Below are positions 50,986-63,290 of a stretch of DNA of 64,000 nt, in pieces (the first letter of the stretch is position 1; each line of letters begins with the position of its first letter). Source of the DNA: Hemiscyllium ocellatum (taxonomy: Eukaryota); the NCBI RefSeq assembly GCF_020745735.1, contig NW_026867509.1:1488001-1552000 (forward strand), in the 5' to 3' direction. The notes beneath the pieces are model-generated. The model worked only from the letters and a program-made list of their open reading frames with translations. It had not been told where the DNA came from and searched no databases. The position numbers and the translations under genes are program-made.

Positions 50986-51194
50986 TCTGTCTCTATGAGT
51001 ATCTAGTTAGGTACAAATTCAACAAATTGGAAATGATTTTGGGAGCATGGGTTGATAGTAATTAAGTATGTTTTAGAAGATGTTGGCAGGAGCAGTGAGA
51101 CATACAACGTACAAGGTTTGGAGGAATAACAATAACTTGATCAGGTCCCAATTCTTTTCCAGATTCTATCATCTTAAATTTTTGTGCGCTACAG

Positions 51195-51210
51195 TGCCAC
51201 CCTCTGCTGG
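51195..51210 (-). promoter_or_regulatory. CTCF-like motif
   Basis: The minus strand reads CCAGCAGAGGGTGGCA; homologous to 20543-20558. Confidence 0.6.
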
Positions 51211-52426
51211 TGTATATTCGCTGCTACACGAGCAGTTGAAGCTGAAATGCTATTCACATCATTTTTCACCTCCTCATTCTCAATGCTCTATTTGTTTTTC
51301 AACTAATGATGTTTCCTTTGGCGACTTAGTGTAGAATTTTTCACCCTCTCATTTCGATACACCGTTTCAGATCGTTAAAAAACGCCACACTGCCCGAAAT
51401 ATAACATATTTTCCATTGTAATAATCTTTTCTAAAGTGATGTTACTTTGATTGGAAACAACCAAGTGCAATCGGTCGATGAATAAAAGCACTGTTTTGAA
51501 CAGACAGAAAATTTCTCCAATGCTCTTTGGTAAAAAGGATAACCTCGTTTTCCTTTCTGTGCTCAGATTGGAGTCCTTAAAATCAGGTGAAATGCTGGTG
51601 TTCTAAACAACATGCTGAGATGTGCAATTTAACATCTTTGAACTGGGCGGGATTTCCTGGTTTCGAGATTCAGACACTACCACTACAACTTTAGAACTGT
51701 TTTCGTTTCCTAATCATCCTGCTCAGAGTTAGTGCTCACATCAGAAATAGAACTTGCGCTTCTTGCCATAAACACATTTGCCCGAAACTCCAAAGACACA
51801 TCCAAATTTGTTGTTAGATTTTAACCATGGTGTGTGGGCTCGCTGGATAAACATCATTTATTGCCCATTTCTAATTGCCCACAGGGGAGTTGAGAATCGA
51901 CTAAATGGCTGTGAATTCACGTCTAGATCAGTATAAGAATAGTAGTTTCCTTCTCAAAACTACTATTCAGGACTCAGATGGATTTTTAAAAAAATAGTAA
52001 TGCATTCATAGTCATCACTAGAGTCCTAATTTCAGATAGTTATTAGATTCAAATTCCAACATGGTGGGTTTCAGATCGGAATCCCCAGAACATTGCCTTG
52101 GTCTCTAAATTAACAGCACTGCGATAATCCCACTGCACCTTGGCATTCTGTATTGTCCAGGACGGGAACCGACAACTAATTCCTGATCAATCGGTTCAAA
52201 TGTGTGTATTGACATTCAGACATAATAATTAAGAATGACAAAAAATTAGTCTACGCAGCTCCAAACGAAATTTCTGGGAAAGTCTACTTATGATTATTTT
52301 CCTTGTGACAATCAATAAATCCTGCACTCATTCATTGGGGCATTCCATCTTTATTCAGCTGAATACACCCAGAAAGGGAGACTCATGTGAAGGCAGCGAT
52401 AAAACCAAGAAGCACCCTGAGCTGAA

Positions 52427-52630
52427 TGAGATCATAATGAGCCTCATAGCCGTAAATGGGTGAGATCATAATGAGGCAGTCTCCCTGCAGTCACTGATGT
52501 CACAGTGGACCTGACCACACGTAGTCAGTTAGATCATAACGGACCTGTCCCTGTACATAATTTGAGGTCACAACGCGCCAGGCATCTTGCAGTGAATGAG
52601 GTCAAAATGGACATGACTCCCAGAAAGATG
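52427..52630 (+). repeat. Six-unit 34-bp periodic array with conserved TGAGRTCAYAAT heads
   Basis: Unit starts are 52427, 52461, 52495, 52529, 52563 and 52597, exactly 34 bp apart, with diverged second halves. Confidence 0.85.
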
Positions 52631-53464
52631 TTCTGTCACTGCGGGCTGAGCCCCTCTACTACCTGGATAAGGTGAACATCGTGAAGAATTTATTCAACAG
52701 CATCTGGCTTCTCTCTCTTCTTCGCAACTTAGCCATTTAAAATGTATTCACTAAGATACAGTCAGAACTATTTATGACCATAAGAGGCTTTTCTATTTAT
52801 TTCTAGTCTATGCTTGTTTCTGTTCATAAAGGCACATCTTAGATTAAATTTCAAACGCTTGATATTGTGTTTGATGTTATTCCTGATGTGAAATAGGCAT
52901 GTTAATGACAGCTAGGAAAATTAGAAATTCCACATAAATCCTCACGTACAAATTCGTTTGGATGGCTATTGATAACCAATTCCTTACTTATATGCCTGTG
53001 CCCACAGATGGCCTGTATGAAGGTGGAGTAACACAGTGTTTGGAGACCATAGTGGTGACTGAAGTGCATCGCTGCAATTGGAGTATGGTTCAGAATCGGG
53101 GACGCAAGCTACATGTAGTGCAATCTGGAGAAAACTTTACACCAGCGAAGATTTTTTAAAACAATGTGGTAACATTAGATGATGAGGAAGTTTCAGGACC
53201 ATATATATGGTAACTGCAGACACTTAAAATAAGTACAACCACTTCAATATAAGCAGTCTCAGTATGATAGGAATAGTCGTGTATTACTGCGTCATGAGGC
53301 ACAGAATCAGATGAAAGCGAAAAGCTTGGAAATCATTCGCCAGTATTTGCAGCTTTATTTCATTTGTGCCTTCATCTGCTGTTGTAGTTTTCCATCTTCA
53401 CAGAGATGGAAAACTGGTAGGCTTACTTGTTACACGTTGCTTGTCACAAACAACAGCCCGAACA

Positions 53465-53620
53465 ACAGCATAGAACGTAAAATGTAGAACATTACAGTAC
53501 AGTACAGGCATTCGGCCCTCAATGTTGCACCGACTTTTTATCCTACTCTAAGACCAAATGAAATTAGATCCCCTTCATTTGACGGACTACCATATACCTA
53601 TTACTTCTTCCTCCTTTCCA
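53465..53620 (-). mobile_element. Short CR1 3' tail fragment
   Basis: tagaacattacagtacagtacaggcattcggccctcaatgttgc matches the CR1 3' end at 12925-12980. Confidence 0.65.
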
Positions 53621-54229
53621 AAAGAACTTTAGCACGTATTATACATTATTGCGAATTCACGAATTTATTTTCATGAAAAAATGAATCAGACCATAACAGG
53701 AATCCTGACATGGATACATAGGTAATGCAATCCATCAAACACTGCGTACTTAGAACTGCAAATGAAGGAGAGAAGTTACAAAGCAGTTAACTCACAAACT
53801 CAGCAACATGGAATCTGCAACATTCAGTTCTGTACCAATACTGAACTTATCAAAGTCGATGAATGGTTTTAACATGTCAGTATGTAATCATAGTAGACTC
53901 GTAAACTAAATTTCTTACGAGGAACTTTTTGGAGAACACCATTTCTGCTTCTTCTTCAAACAATTTGAACGTGGCATGAAACAAATCTCTGGCCATTTGT
54001 GTTTACTATGGTGAATTCTGAACACAGTTCTTCTGGCCTAGTAAGAAGATCACTATCAAAAACAAACCCCTCCAAAAAAAAATGCCTTGTCTGATGGTAA
54101 CCAGATACACTGGACATGGACAGATTGCAATCCTTGGCAAAATGTGGCCTTAATTCCGTGCTCCATTTGATGATGTTCGCAATATTCTGATATTTGTACA
54201 AGATACAAATAAACTGAATTTCAATTTTG

Positions 54230-54590
54230 AACATAGAATATCGAACATAAAATAGTACAGCATAGTAAAGGCCCTTCAGCCCTCAATGTTGAGCCGACTT
54301 TTATCTTACTCTAACAACCAACCAAGTTGCATACACATTTTTCACGATAATGTGTGTGCCTATCCAAGAGAATCTTAAATATCTCGGTTTAAATGAGTCG
54401 AATGGCACTGCTGGCAGTCCATGCTACGTAACCACCAGGTGCTGTGTAAAGAACCGACCTTTGACATGTCCCCTTATCCTTCCTCCAAAGACCTTAAAAT
54501 TATGCCCCCATCCTGATAACTATTTCTGCCCAGGGAAAATGTATCTTGCTATGCACTGTATCTGTGGATCACGTCGAAGCTTGTTTTAAA
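54230..54590 (-). mobile_element. CR1 3' fragment
   Basis: aacatagaatatcgaac...ggcccttcagccctcaatgttg...aaagaaccgacctttgacatgtcccc resembles 12919-13200. Confidence 0.7.
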
Positions 54591-55534
54591 TTGCAAAGTT
54601 ATTAAAAATCAATGAGACACCTTTGTAAGGACACTGATGCAATGTGACAATCCCTATCCTTCATTGTCACTACCACGAATAGAATCGAAAATAAGACACA
54701 TTCTGTTCTGAAATGAGCTGACACGTCGTTAACTGCTGACAACCGGTAGTGCTCATTTTGTGCTACAGTCATTGTAGCCATTTTTAAACAAGCTTAGACA
54801 CGTACTCATAGATGACATAAGGCTTCAATGCATATATCAAAGTCACAGATGCAACCAATCTTTGATTAAAAAAAATCATTGCTCTGGCCTTTGTATTATC
54901 TGTATCAAAATACATTCAGCTGCTCTGATGAAAAACTCAGAAGTGTGTGGATGCAATCACTGAAACGGGAGTAATGTAAAACCGCAGTACTTCCATCAGT
55001 CTCTGTCAAGTATATCTAAACCAAGAGTACAATGAAATACGTTTTGCATATAGCATAATATACTCTCAGAATTTTCAATTCATTTTCAAAATTGCTAATC
55101 ATTGTAACAGATATTCCCTATCAAACATGCAATGAAGGCATTGAGTGCTCTCCTGCACCTTAATGCATGGTAAGCACCAATATGACAGAAAATCTCACAC
55201 ATTCACTTTTTAAAATGCTAGAACGAAACCTGTTTCAATGGCAAACATCGTGGCTACTGGGCATCAAATACCCGTTATGAAGAAAACATTTTAAGCATTA
55301 TTGTGTAAACGAATTGTTGATGTTTTCCACCTTGCCTGAATAAGCACAAGCACAAAGTATTCCATGTGTCATGTGCAGTATCAGTTTGAACTGCAGGAGA
55401 GTCCCGATTTCAATTTCATTCATTTTTCGCTGTCCTTGGTTGACGTTTTGAAATGTAGAATAGAGAAAGCAGTCAGCTGATTGGCTGGGATAGAGAACAA
55501 TGCATCTGTCGATTGTTTAGTTGTTGTCCAGTAC

Positions 55535-55580
55535 CTGTGTGTAGAACTACCAGTAGAGACACGGATATCAGGTGCATCAT
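55535..55580 (-). pseudogene. Orphan V-type leader exon with a decayed V relic downstream
   Basis: A 46-nt phase-1 exon MMHLISVSLLVVLHT G|GTACTG, the same length as the leaders at 28423 and 57502. The acceptor CTCCTGCAG at 55391 leads to ...LFRQGGKHQQFVY with stops and no recognisable RSS. Confidence 0.4.
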
Positions 55581-56981
55581 TTTATCTATTGACGCAACCC
55601 ATTTCAGGGAGACCAGTTTGTTTCAAACTTGCTGCCCTGTCTTGGCAAGCATTTCGGGGCGTGCTTTTTATTTGTAACCAGCGATAATGAAGGATTATCT
55701 AGATTTTAAAGGTCAGCTTCCTCTCTTTTTATGAATATTGCTTGATGTGTTGTGGTTTATAGCATTTCTGTTTCCATACTTTTCATTTATTGTCACCATT
55801 TCGGATACGCTACTCTGAAAATCCCATAATTTAGCTATTTCTTGCATTGTATATCATCAGAAGAAAGAGATATCAATATATTCATTTGAAGTGAAGGAAA
55901 GTGTATGGATGCTTTCTGGCCCAAAATTGAACACTTTCGTTTTCAATACGCGACTGGATCATTCAGTTAAATAAAAACGTGTCCACCGAACATTTATATA
56001 AAAGCATTGTTGGCCAAACATCTCGCATTGAATTAAATTAAACAACTGATTAAACTACTGATAATCCACAGATGTCCCTTTTCCTGACAGCAGGTGTCTG
56101 TGATTATCCACGGCTGTTAGGCATCAGTGGAATTTAATTGAAATAATTTGAATTGATCATTTGATGTATCTACCATTGAGGCAGTGCATATGGTGACAAA
56201 GGTTGCACGTCTTATTTCCAAAAAATGTGCTTAGTCATAAAATTTAGAAACTTACATGACAACATATTTTGACTTGTCAGATACAAAATGTAATAAAATT
56301 CACGTTTCCTCTACACGGCATATTCTACTCATCGGAGCTTTTTTATGATTGCCTTTTCACAATGTTTAGTTCTGTTTGATGATTATTGGTGGATGCCTGA
56401 CACAGGCTAATGTTAATTTCAAACGTGATTCTTTTATTCATACAACATTTTCGGTGACTGTTGAGAAGTAAAATTTAACACCGCATCTGGGAAACGACGT
56501 GTGCTGTCTCTGTGGCTTGTTCTGATTATTTTTCGCAATTCTGTGAACAGAAGGATGAAGCATTTCAATACATATTTCCGCATCAGTCTGTCCATCCTGC
56601 TAATTAAAAGGCGTTATTTGTGAACTCACATACCAAACATCAAGTTTTACATTATCAGAAGTCCACAAGTAAAATTTAATTTCTCTTGCGGTGTAGAGAC
56701 TCACAGACTGGAGGGATGAGAAGACAATGTATTGGAAAAGTAGATAGGAAACAATATCAGAAAGAGATCATCTCTGATGAGTTTGCGCAATTCAGTCTTA
56801 GCACATTTACATCCTAAGCTAACATATTGATACAACTCTGAAAAGTAGCTAATTTTTATTTATCGTTCACACTTTTTTTTCTCACATTACTGGACTCATC
56901 TGTGACACTTCTTCTGGAGCTGAATTGTCCTTTCTCTTTCTAGACGTGAGTGAGCCTGCTGGTGAGCTCTAACTGGTACTG

Positions 56982-57021
56982 GGTTTTTGTATAGGCTGTG
57001 TCATAACTCTGTATTAATGTG
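56982..57021 (-). other. RSS with 24-bp spacer
   Basis: CACATTA, a 24-nt spacer, then consensus ACAAAAACC. Confidence 0.88.
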
Positions 57022-57502
57022 GGCTCCAGAGCACAGAAATACATGGCGGAGTCAGAAATGATGGCCTTGCTGATTGTTAAGTCAGTATTCTTCGTGGATT
57101 TAGTAAATGTGAAAGAGAATCGTTTCGGAACATCAGGATTCCTCTTTACAACCTTTCCTCCAACTATAGAAACCATGTACTGAGGAGGTTTTCCTACGAG
57201 TTGACTGTACCAGTAAACATAAGTGTTGGTATCGCTTGTCTGCAAGCTGCAGTTTAGTGTGACATTGCCTCCTCCTTGTACCGCAATTTCGGAGTCTGGC
57301 TGTTCGACAGTGTCTTGCTGACTCCATTCTAAGAAAAAAACGAAAAAGCAACTCCCAAAATCGTGTTCATTACTGTCGTTGTTTTCCTAATAACGACACT
57401 TGAATTGCAAACATATGTGCCGAAGGAAATGGAATGTTATTGGAAATAATACTTACTAAGAATTGAGAGAATTACGAGGAGTGCTGCTAGAATACGCCTC
57501 AT
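57022..57502 (-). CDS. Intact TCR alpha/delta-type V gene segment (leader 57502-57457, V exon 57328-57022)
   Basis: Leader MRRILAALLVILSIL A|GTAAGT and acceptor TTTTCTTAG. The open exon has GGNVTLNCSL, VYWYSQLVGKPPQY and KRFSF...LTISKAIISDSAMYFCALEP. Confidence 0.95.
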
Positions 57503-60500
57503 GGTGCTATCTTTGTAGTTAATTCTGCACTCCATGAAACTCTTTGTCGGAGATCCTGGTCAAAACTGTCCCACTCAATGACTACAGTGACGGCTGCAGC
57601 GATCTTAGCAGTATCAGCGAGAAGGGAGGGCGTGTCAGATCCATGACAGCAAGCGGAAGCTGTTGGCAGAACTGCAGGAGATTAGGCTTTGAGCAAACTC
57701 AATGCCTCATGTGAGAAGAGAAGCTGTGCACAGCTGCATCCGGGCCTGTTGGATGCTGACATGCCTGTGACCATCTTGCCCGCAAGCACAGAATCGCTGA
57801 CGAAAAGATACGTGGGGAGGGGGGTGGGGGAGAATAATAGATCAAGAATTGCGTAATAATATAAAACAGATTGAGGCTATTTTGACTATTATGTCTTTGA
57901 TTGCCCTTTGAAACATTTGTGTCGTTGGATTCACAGCCACAGCTTTTGCCATATGCTGTAGCTGTGCAAATTGTTTTACTTTCCAAGTTTCTATGCAATA
58001 CCATTCTGAAAGTTAGTACTGAATTAACTTCCACTTACATTGGAAATTCTAGATTGTACTAAAGTTCAATGTACAAACGAACGTGTGTTTCTCCTTTTTG
58101 TCAATTCTCTTGATCGTGTTCCTGAGATTACTGAACTCCAAGCAAATAAAAATTATTTGGCATGATAAATTCTATAAACCCAGCGTTGCTAGCGCTCAGC
58201 AGTGCAATAGCATTTTCAGTAACCTTATTTTGACATGAGGAATATAGTATTTTCTTCTCTGAAATTCACATGATTCATGTATGTCTGATTATTTCTCGTT
58301 TGTCCAAGTTAATAAATCCCTGTCTCACGCACGTTCAATGATCACTGGGTTGAACTCCAAGTTCAGCTCTTCATTCTTTTCCTCCGGCCTGCTTCAGTCT
58401 CCTCTGTTTTTCTGCTGCTGTCGAGCTCCCTTCTGCATACTGCAAACTAAATCAGTGAGACCAATCCGGGGTTTTGGGCTTCCAGAGAACACTTGTCGTT
58501 AAGGAAGGTACAAGATTGACCAATATCTTTCCAGATGCTTTAGTTCTGACGAATTTGCTTTTTCGCAGACATTGCCTTGCTTCAATCCCTGTTCAGGAAA
58601 CTGGATTCTTATTGTGCAAACTGTTGAAAGGAAAGCAAATTTCTGACTTTAAAAGCAGCACCTTTAGAGACAAAGCAATTCTACCAAAATCAGTATTGTT
58701 TTCACATCGCAGGTGAAGCCAACTGCACTGGCTCAGAGGGAAGCCAGCCAACAGCATCAAAACAATCGGCTGTAACAGTCTGTGATGAAATATATTCAAT
58801 TCACATGTCTTCTTTATTTTCTTCACTTTTTTTAAATGAAACTCTATGCTCAACTATGTATTTGTTACAATGGGGATTGGGACACCGATTAAAAAGATGT
58901 CCCCTATCTCGGTAAGATGCTGTTCCCTCTGTGGAAGCGAATTTCTGGATCCTTAAGAAGGATAGGAAAAGTAGAACTGAGTTCGTTTTATGTCCCTGTA
59001 AATTCTGAGCGATTCTGCAGGAGCATTGTTATTGTCAGTAATGCAAAGTAACATTATCAATTAAATTTGATATATTGAGCACGAAAGAGGATCCATTTTC
59101 ATTGGTCATAAACACACTTCCTTAACCATTCGATCAACAGTGACTTGGAAACATGTAACTGACATTCATTTAGGCTATTTCGAAAAACGTTCCACAGGCG
59201 GGTCTCTGCTGGTTTCTTGGAAGCAAATCAACAAATACCTCACAATGGCAGAGAGTGGAGTTTCTTGCTCTACTGATCAGATCCCAAATTCAGTGGTACC
59301 TCACTCGCTTATTCCAACACATCCAGAAACACCTCAAATTTGAATCAATATCAACGCTGCGTTTCAAAGAGTCTGAAACGTGAACCCACCCCTCGAAAAT
59401 GGTACCACTCAAGCGCCCTCTAATGCACCAGTATCGTCACTTCAATGAGACAGAAACACAGTAGCAATGTGGGTTCTTTGGCCCCTTCCACCCTCATGTT
59501 TCAACATTACCACCCGATGAGTCACGAGCCTCAATACGAGATTACCACCTGAACCCGATAGAATTCCAAATGCTCCTATATCAGATACGCATATCCAGCG
59601 AGCATCCACACAAATATGGGTTGGAGAATTCGAAAGATTGACAACCATTTGACGCAATAAAAGATCACACATGCACTTGTTAACACTGCATCTCTTCAAG
59701 AAGTGAGTCAAGGGCAGCATGTCAGACCTGGGCCAATGGATAACGTGTCTGATTACAAATCAGGAGATTGTAGGTTGAACACTTGCACAGCTCAAGTGTA
59801 GTTTACAAATTCTCCCCCATTTCTTCCAACATTGTTTGCATGGACAATTCATGTTGCTCTGTAGTCACCGTTTTATCGTTATTATTGAAATAGATTTCCG
59901 TTTCATGTTTTAATTGTGATAAGTGCTTGCATCATTCCCCTTCATATTGTATGAAGAAGGGCTTAACTACCAACAGAAAATTACAGAAACAAATTTATAC
60001 TTATTCATACCTGCACCTGATCCTCGATTATGTCATTCATTTCCGTCAGCATGTACTCCTGATGTTATATTGACCTGCTCTCTGTACAAATTCTGAAATC
60101 AGATTCCGTTCAATACCCAACACAAAATGAATTACAAAACTGATACACAAAACAAGTTACTCAGTAATCCAAGTTCCATAGAGTGTTCGTTTGCAGATTC
60201 ACATGAATCAACTTTTCAATCACCTTGCTGGACAAAGATTTCAGATGTTGGTCTGACATTCATTTGTGACTCATTCACTCGGTGATTATGTAAATAAGTT
60301 TTTAGTGAGCCGACTATAAAACCCCACTCTTTTATTTTTCCTGTTCTCCTTAACCATTAGCTGAAGGAGAGCGACTCATTGATGGGTTTGTTTGAATCTA
60401 ATTTTCTGACTGAGAAAGTGCAACACTGAGACAAAATGTAAATGTTTTGCACAACCCTGTATTGCACGCTATCAGTGAATTTATGCATCTGTTTTCAAAT

Positions 60501-61319
60501 TACGAGTTGTGGGTAATATGTCTCTGCAATAAATATCAGATTATACTTGCTTATTTCAATTTAACTTGCCATGTTGACTGACATTCTTCCTTTGTTTTGA
60601 TTGCAATATTTGCATTTTGCCTGCTCATTGTCCCTGTAAGTTCTGCTTTTATCTGTTGGTTTATATATAAGTTTGCACTTTCTGCCCCAACTAGTCACGC
60701 GCAGTTGATTATTTTCCAAAAGAATGCCTTTGCTATATTCTTTGATTAAATCAATGTTCCAAAATGTAATCCTGCCCTGACAAGGTTCGGAACCCTCACT
60801 ACTTCCCTAAACGTTCTGTGACACAGATCTCAGCAAAGCACAGATGTCGGCAATCAGAACGGAACAACTTCCACTTATCCCAGTGCTGACACTATAGCCC
60901 AGCAATTGGAACTCATTTTTTCCCACCGCAATCTTTGAAGCATCCATTAATTCCTCTTGTCTGAAATCCCCCATCACACCATCTGTATCTTTATTTGATG
61001 CCTGCTCCTCATTCTGCTTATCCATCATTTGGCACGTCTCGGAAACTGTGACATTAATTGGGCAACATATTCTTGCGGTATCTGTCTCTTTGCTGCAAAG
61101 TTCACTGTAAATCTCACTCAAAATATTGACTCAATATATCACTATATTTTCTGTTGCTCCCTCCAATTTAATGGATCCCTGTATTATAACGTTACCTTCA
61201 GCTAACAATGCGTGAGATGCACCTTCCAATATCTCCTTGAACCTATCTCTGTAGTACTACTGTAAATCATCTCTATTAAGTAGTTTACGTGACCATTTAT
61301 TTGTGTGAATTACACTAGA

Positions 61320-61590
61320 ATTCTCGAAACGTGACAGCACGCTATTTGGCCCATCAAGACCACATCGACGTTGCGAAGAACGTCATAGCCAGATCAGCCC
61401 TACATTACCCATTTGCACACCCCAGCCCAATGCAGCTAACCTGTACGCTTTTCCAATGTGAGGAATCCAACAAATGGATGGAGTGAATGTTCAAGGTCCA
61501 CACAAGTAGTCGCCCTACGGTAGATTCGAACTCAGTGTGTAAAGTTATACAGCAGTAGTGCTAACCACTGAGCTCCTCAGTGTCACTCGG
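61320..61590 (-). mobile_element. Decayed HE1-like SINE
   Basis: Weakly co-linear with 48685-49030 (ggtagattcgaactcag, cagcagtagtgctaaccactgagc). Confidence 0.5.
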
Positions 61591-62359
61591 CACTTGCCCT
61601 TGAAGTCGCACAAACTCATGGTCATGTCACAAAACGTGAAATGCAGCATTCTACCATAACTGAGTATGCATTGCAGTCAATCTATCTTGACTTTTATCAC
61701 ATAAACGGTTGTTCATTTTTTGTTTAAAGTTAAATCACAGCACCCTTGTTTTTGTTCACATTACCTTGAGCTCGCTCGCTTCTTAGCACACTAAAGCAGA
61801 TATTTTTGCAATGGGACTGATAGTGTCGCCGTTAGTGTCTCCTTCCAAAGCCATATTTCAGTTGTTACTTCACCTGACAAATACTTTGCTTAGAGCATTT
61901 GTTTATTAGAGTAGAACATTTGCTGACCCTTATTGCGAACGTGGTTGGATTCAGGAAAAGTTGCACACTGTAGTTACTGCATGCTCCTGAAATTGGAATG
62001 GCCACGAACTCAGATGCCTTCCTATATTGGCTAACAGTAATTTCATTTTCATCAGCTATATACCTATTGAAATATTTACGTCATGTTGACGCAATAAGTA
62101 TGTGTACTCTAACAAATAAACTAAATATGTAAAGTAACCTGACACTTGAAAAAAAAATTGAAGAGAAAAAGTAGACAAATTTACAAATAGAGATATCAAA
62201 CACCAGCCACTGAATTAATGTGGACAGAAAGCCAGGTTTGTGGAGAGGTGGGAAATAGAATTCACGCTCAACAGTTCTTCCACAGGCGGACAGTAATAAT
62301 TCATTTTGTCAATTTTGCATACTGAAGGTGTGAAACTGCACATTGACCTATATATTCAC

Positions 62360-63290
62360 TGACCTTGGATGAGGAAGTGGAAATCTGGGTTAATAAGCCT
62401 GTCGATTATACAAAGGTGTGTGGAATTGTTGATAGTGTGGATGGCTGTTGCAAACTGCAATGGGACATTGACAGGATGCAAACATTGGCGGAGAAGAGGT
62501 AGATGGAATTCAAACCGGAAAAGAACGAAGAAATTCGCTTTGCAAGTTCGATTTTGAATGCAGAAAATAGAGTTAGTGTCAGGATACTTGGTAATTACGT
62601 CGGAACAGCGGTATTTTTGGGTCCATGTCCATAGATCTTTCGAAGTTCTCATTCAAGTCGAAAGATTCTGGAAGCAGCGGTATGTTTGTCAGCTTTCATT
62701 AGTTGAGGAATTGTGTTTGAGAGCTACGAGGCTATGATGCAGCTACATAGAGGCCTGGTCAGACCACACTTGGAATATTTTGCTCAGTTCTGTTCGCCTC
62801 TTTATAGGAAGGATGTGAAGCTGTAGAGAGTGTGCAGAGGAGACTTACGAGGATGCCTCCTGAACTGGAGGGCGAGTCTTATGAAGTAAATTTGAAGGAA
62901 CTAGTGTTTTCCTCATTGGAGGGAAGAAGGATGAGAGGTGACTTGTTGGACGTGCCCAAGATCATGAGAGGGATAGATGCAATGAATAGCCAGAGACTTT
63001 TTCCCAGGGTGGAAATGGCTATCATGTGTGGCACAATTTTATGTTGATTAGAGGAAGATTTAGGGGAGAGTTCATGGGAAGGTTCTTTACTGGAGAATGC
63101 TGAATGAGTGGAGTACAATGCAAGCAGTCGAAGAAGAATCAGAGACTTAAGAGATATTTTAGTTTCAATTGGATAGGCACATGGAACATTGTACTCTGAA
63201 GGATATCGTAGGTTAGTCCGGACAGAGAGTAGGATAATCGTTCAGCACAACATCGAGGGCCCAATGACCTGTACTGTTCTATATTCCCTA
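62360..63290 (+). mobile_element. CR1 RT C-terminal/3' fragment
   Basis: LVRPHLEYFAQFCSPLYRKD-like and QRRLTRMPPELEG...LEGRRMRGDL frames, ending in ctgtactgttctat. Confidence 0.85.

Larger units (their letters stand above)
40700..58670 (+). repeat. Old direct segmental duplication: copy A ~40700-50340, copy B ~52960-58670
   Basis: Anchors are 40751/53031 (acagtgtytggagaccatagt), 40953/53702 (atcctgacatggatac), 41095/53842 (ctgaacttatcaaagt), the paralogous V genes, and ~50113/58455 (tgagaccartccggggtttt). Confidence 0.8.

Noticed and set aside
52427-52630. CRISPR interpretation of the 34-bp array
   Set aside because: The context is eukaryotic with no cas genes, the repeats are imperfect and the spacers retain mutual similarity.
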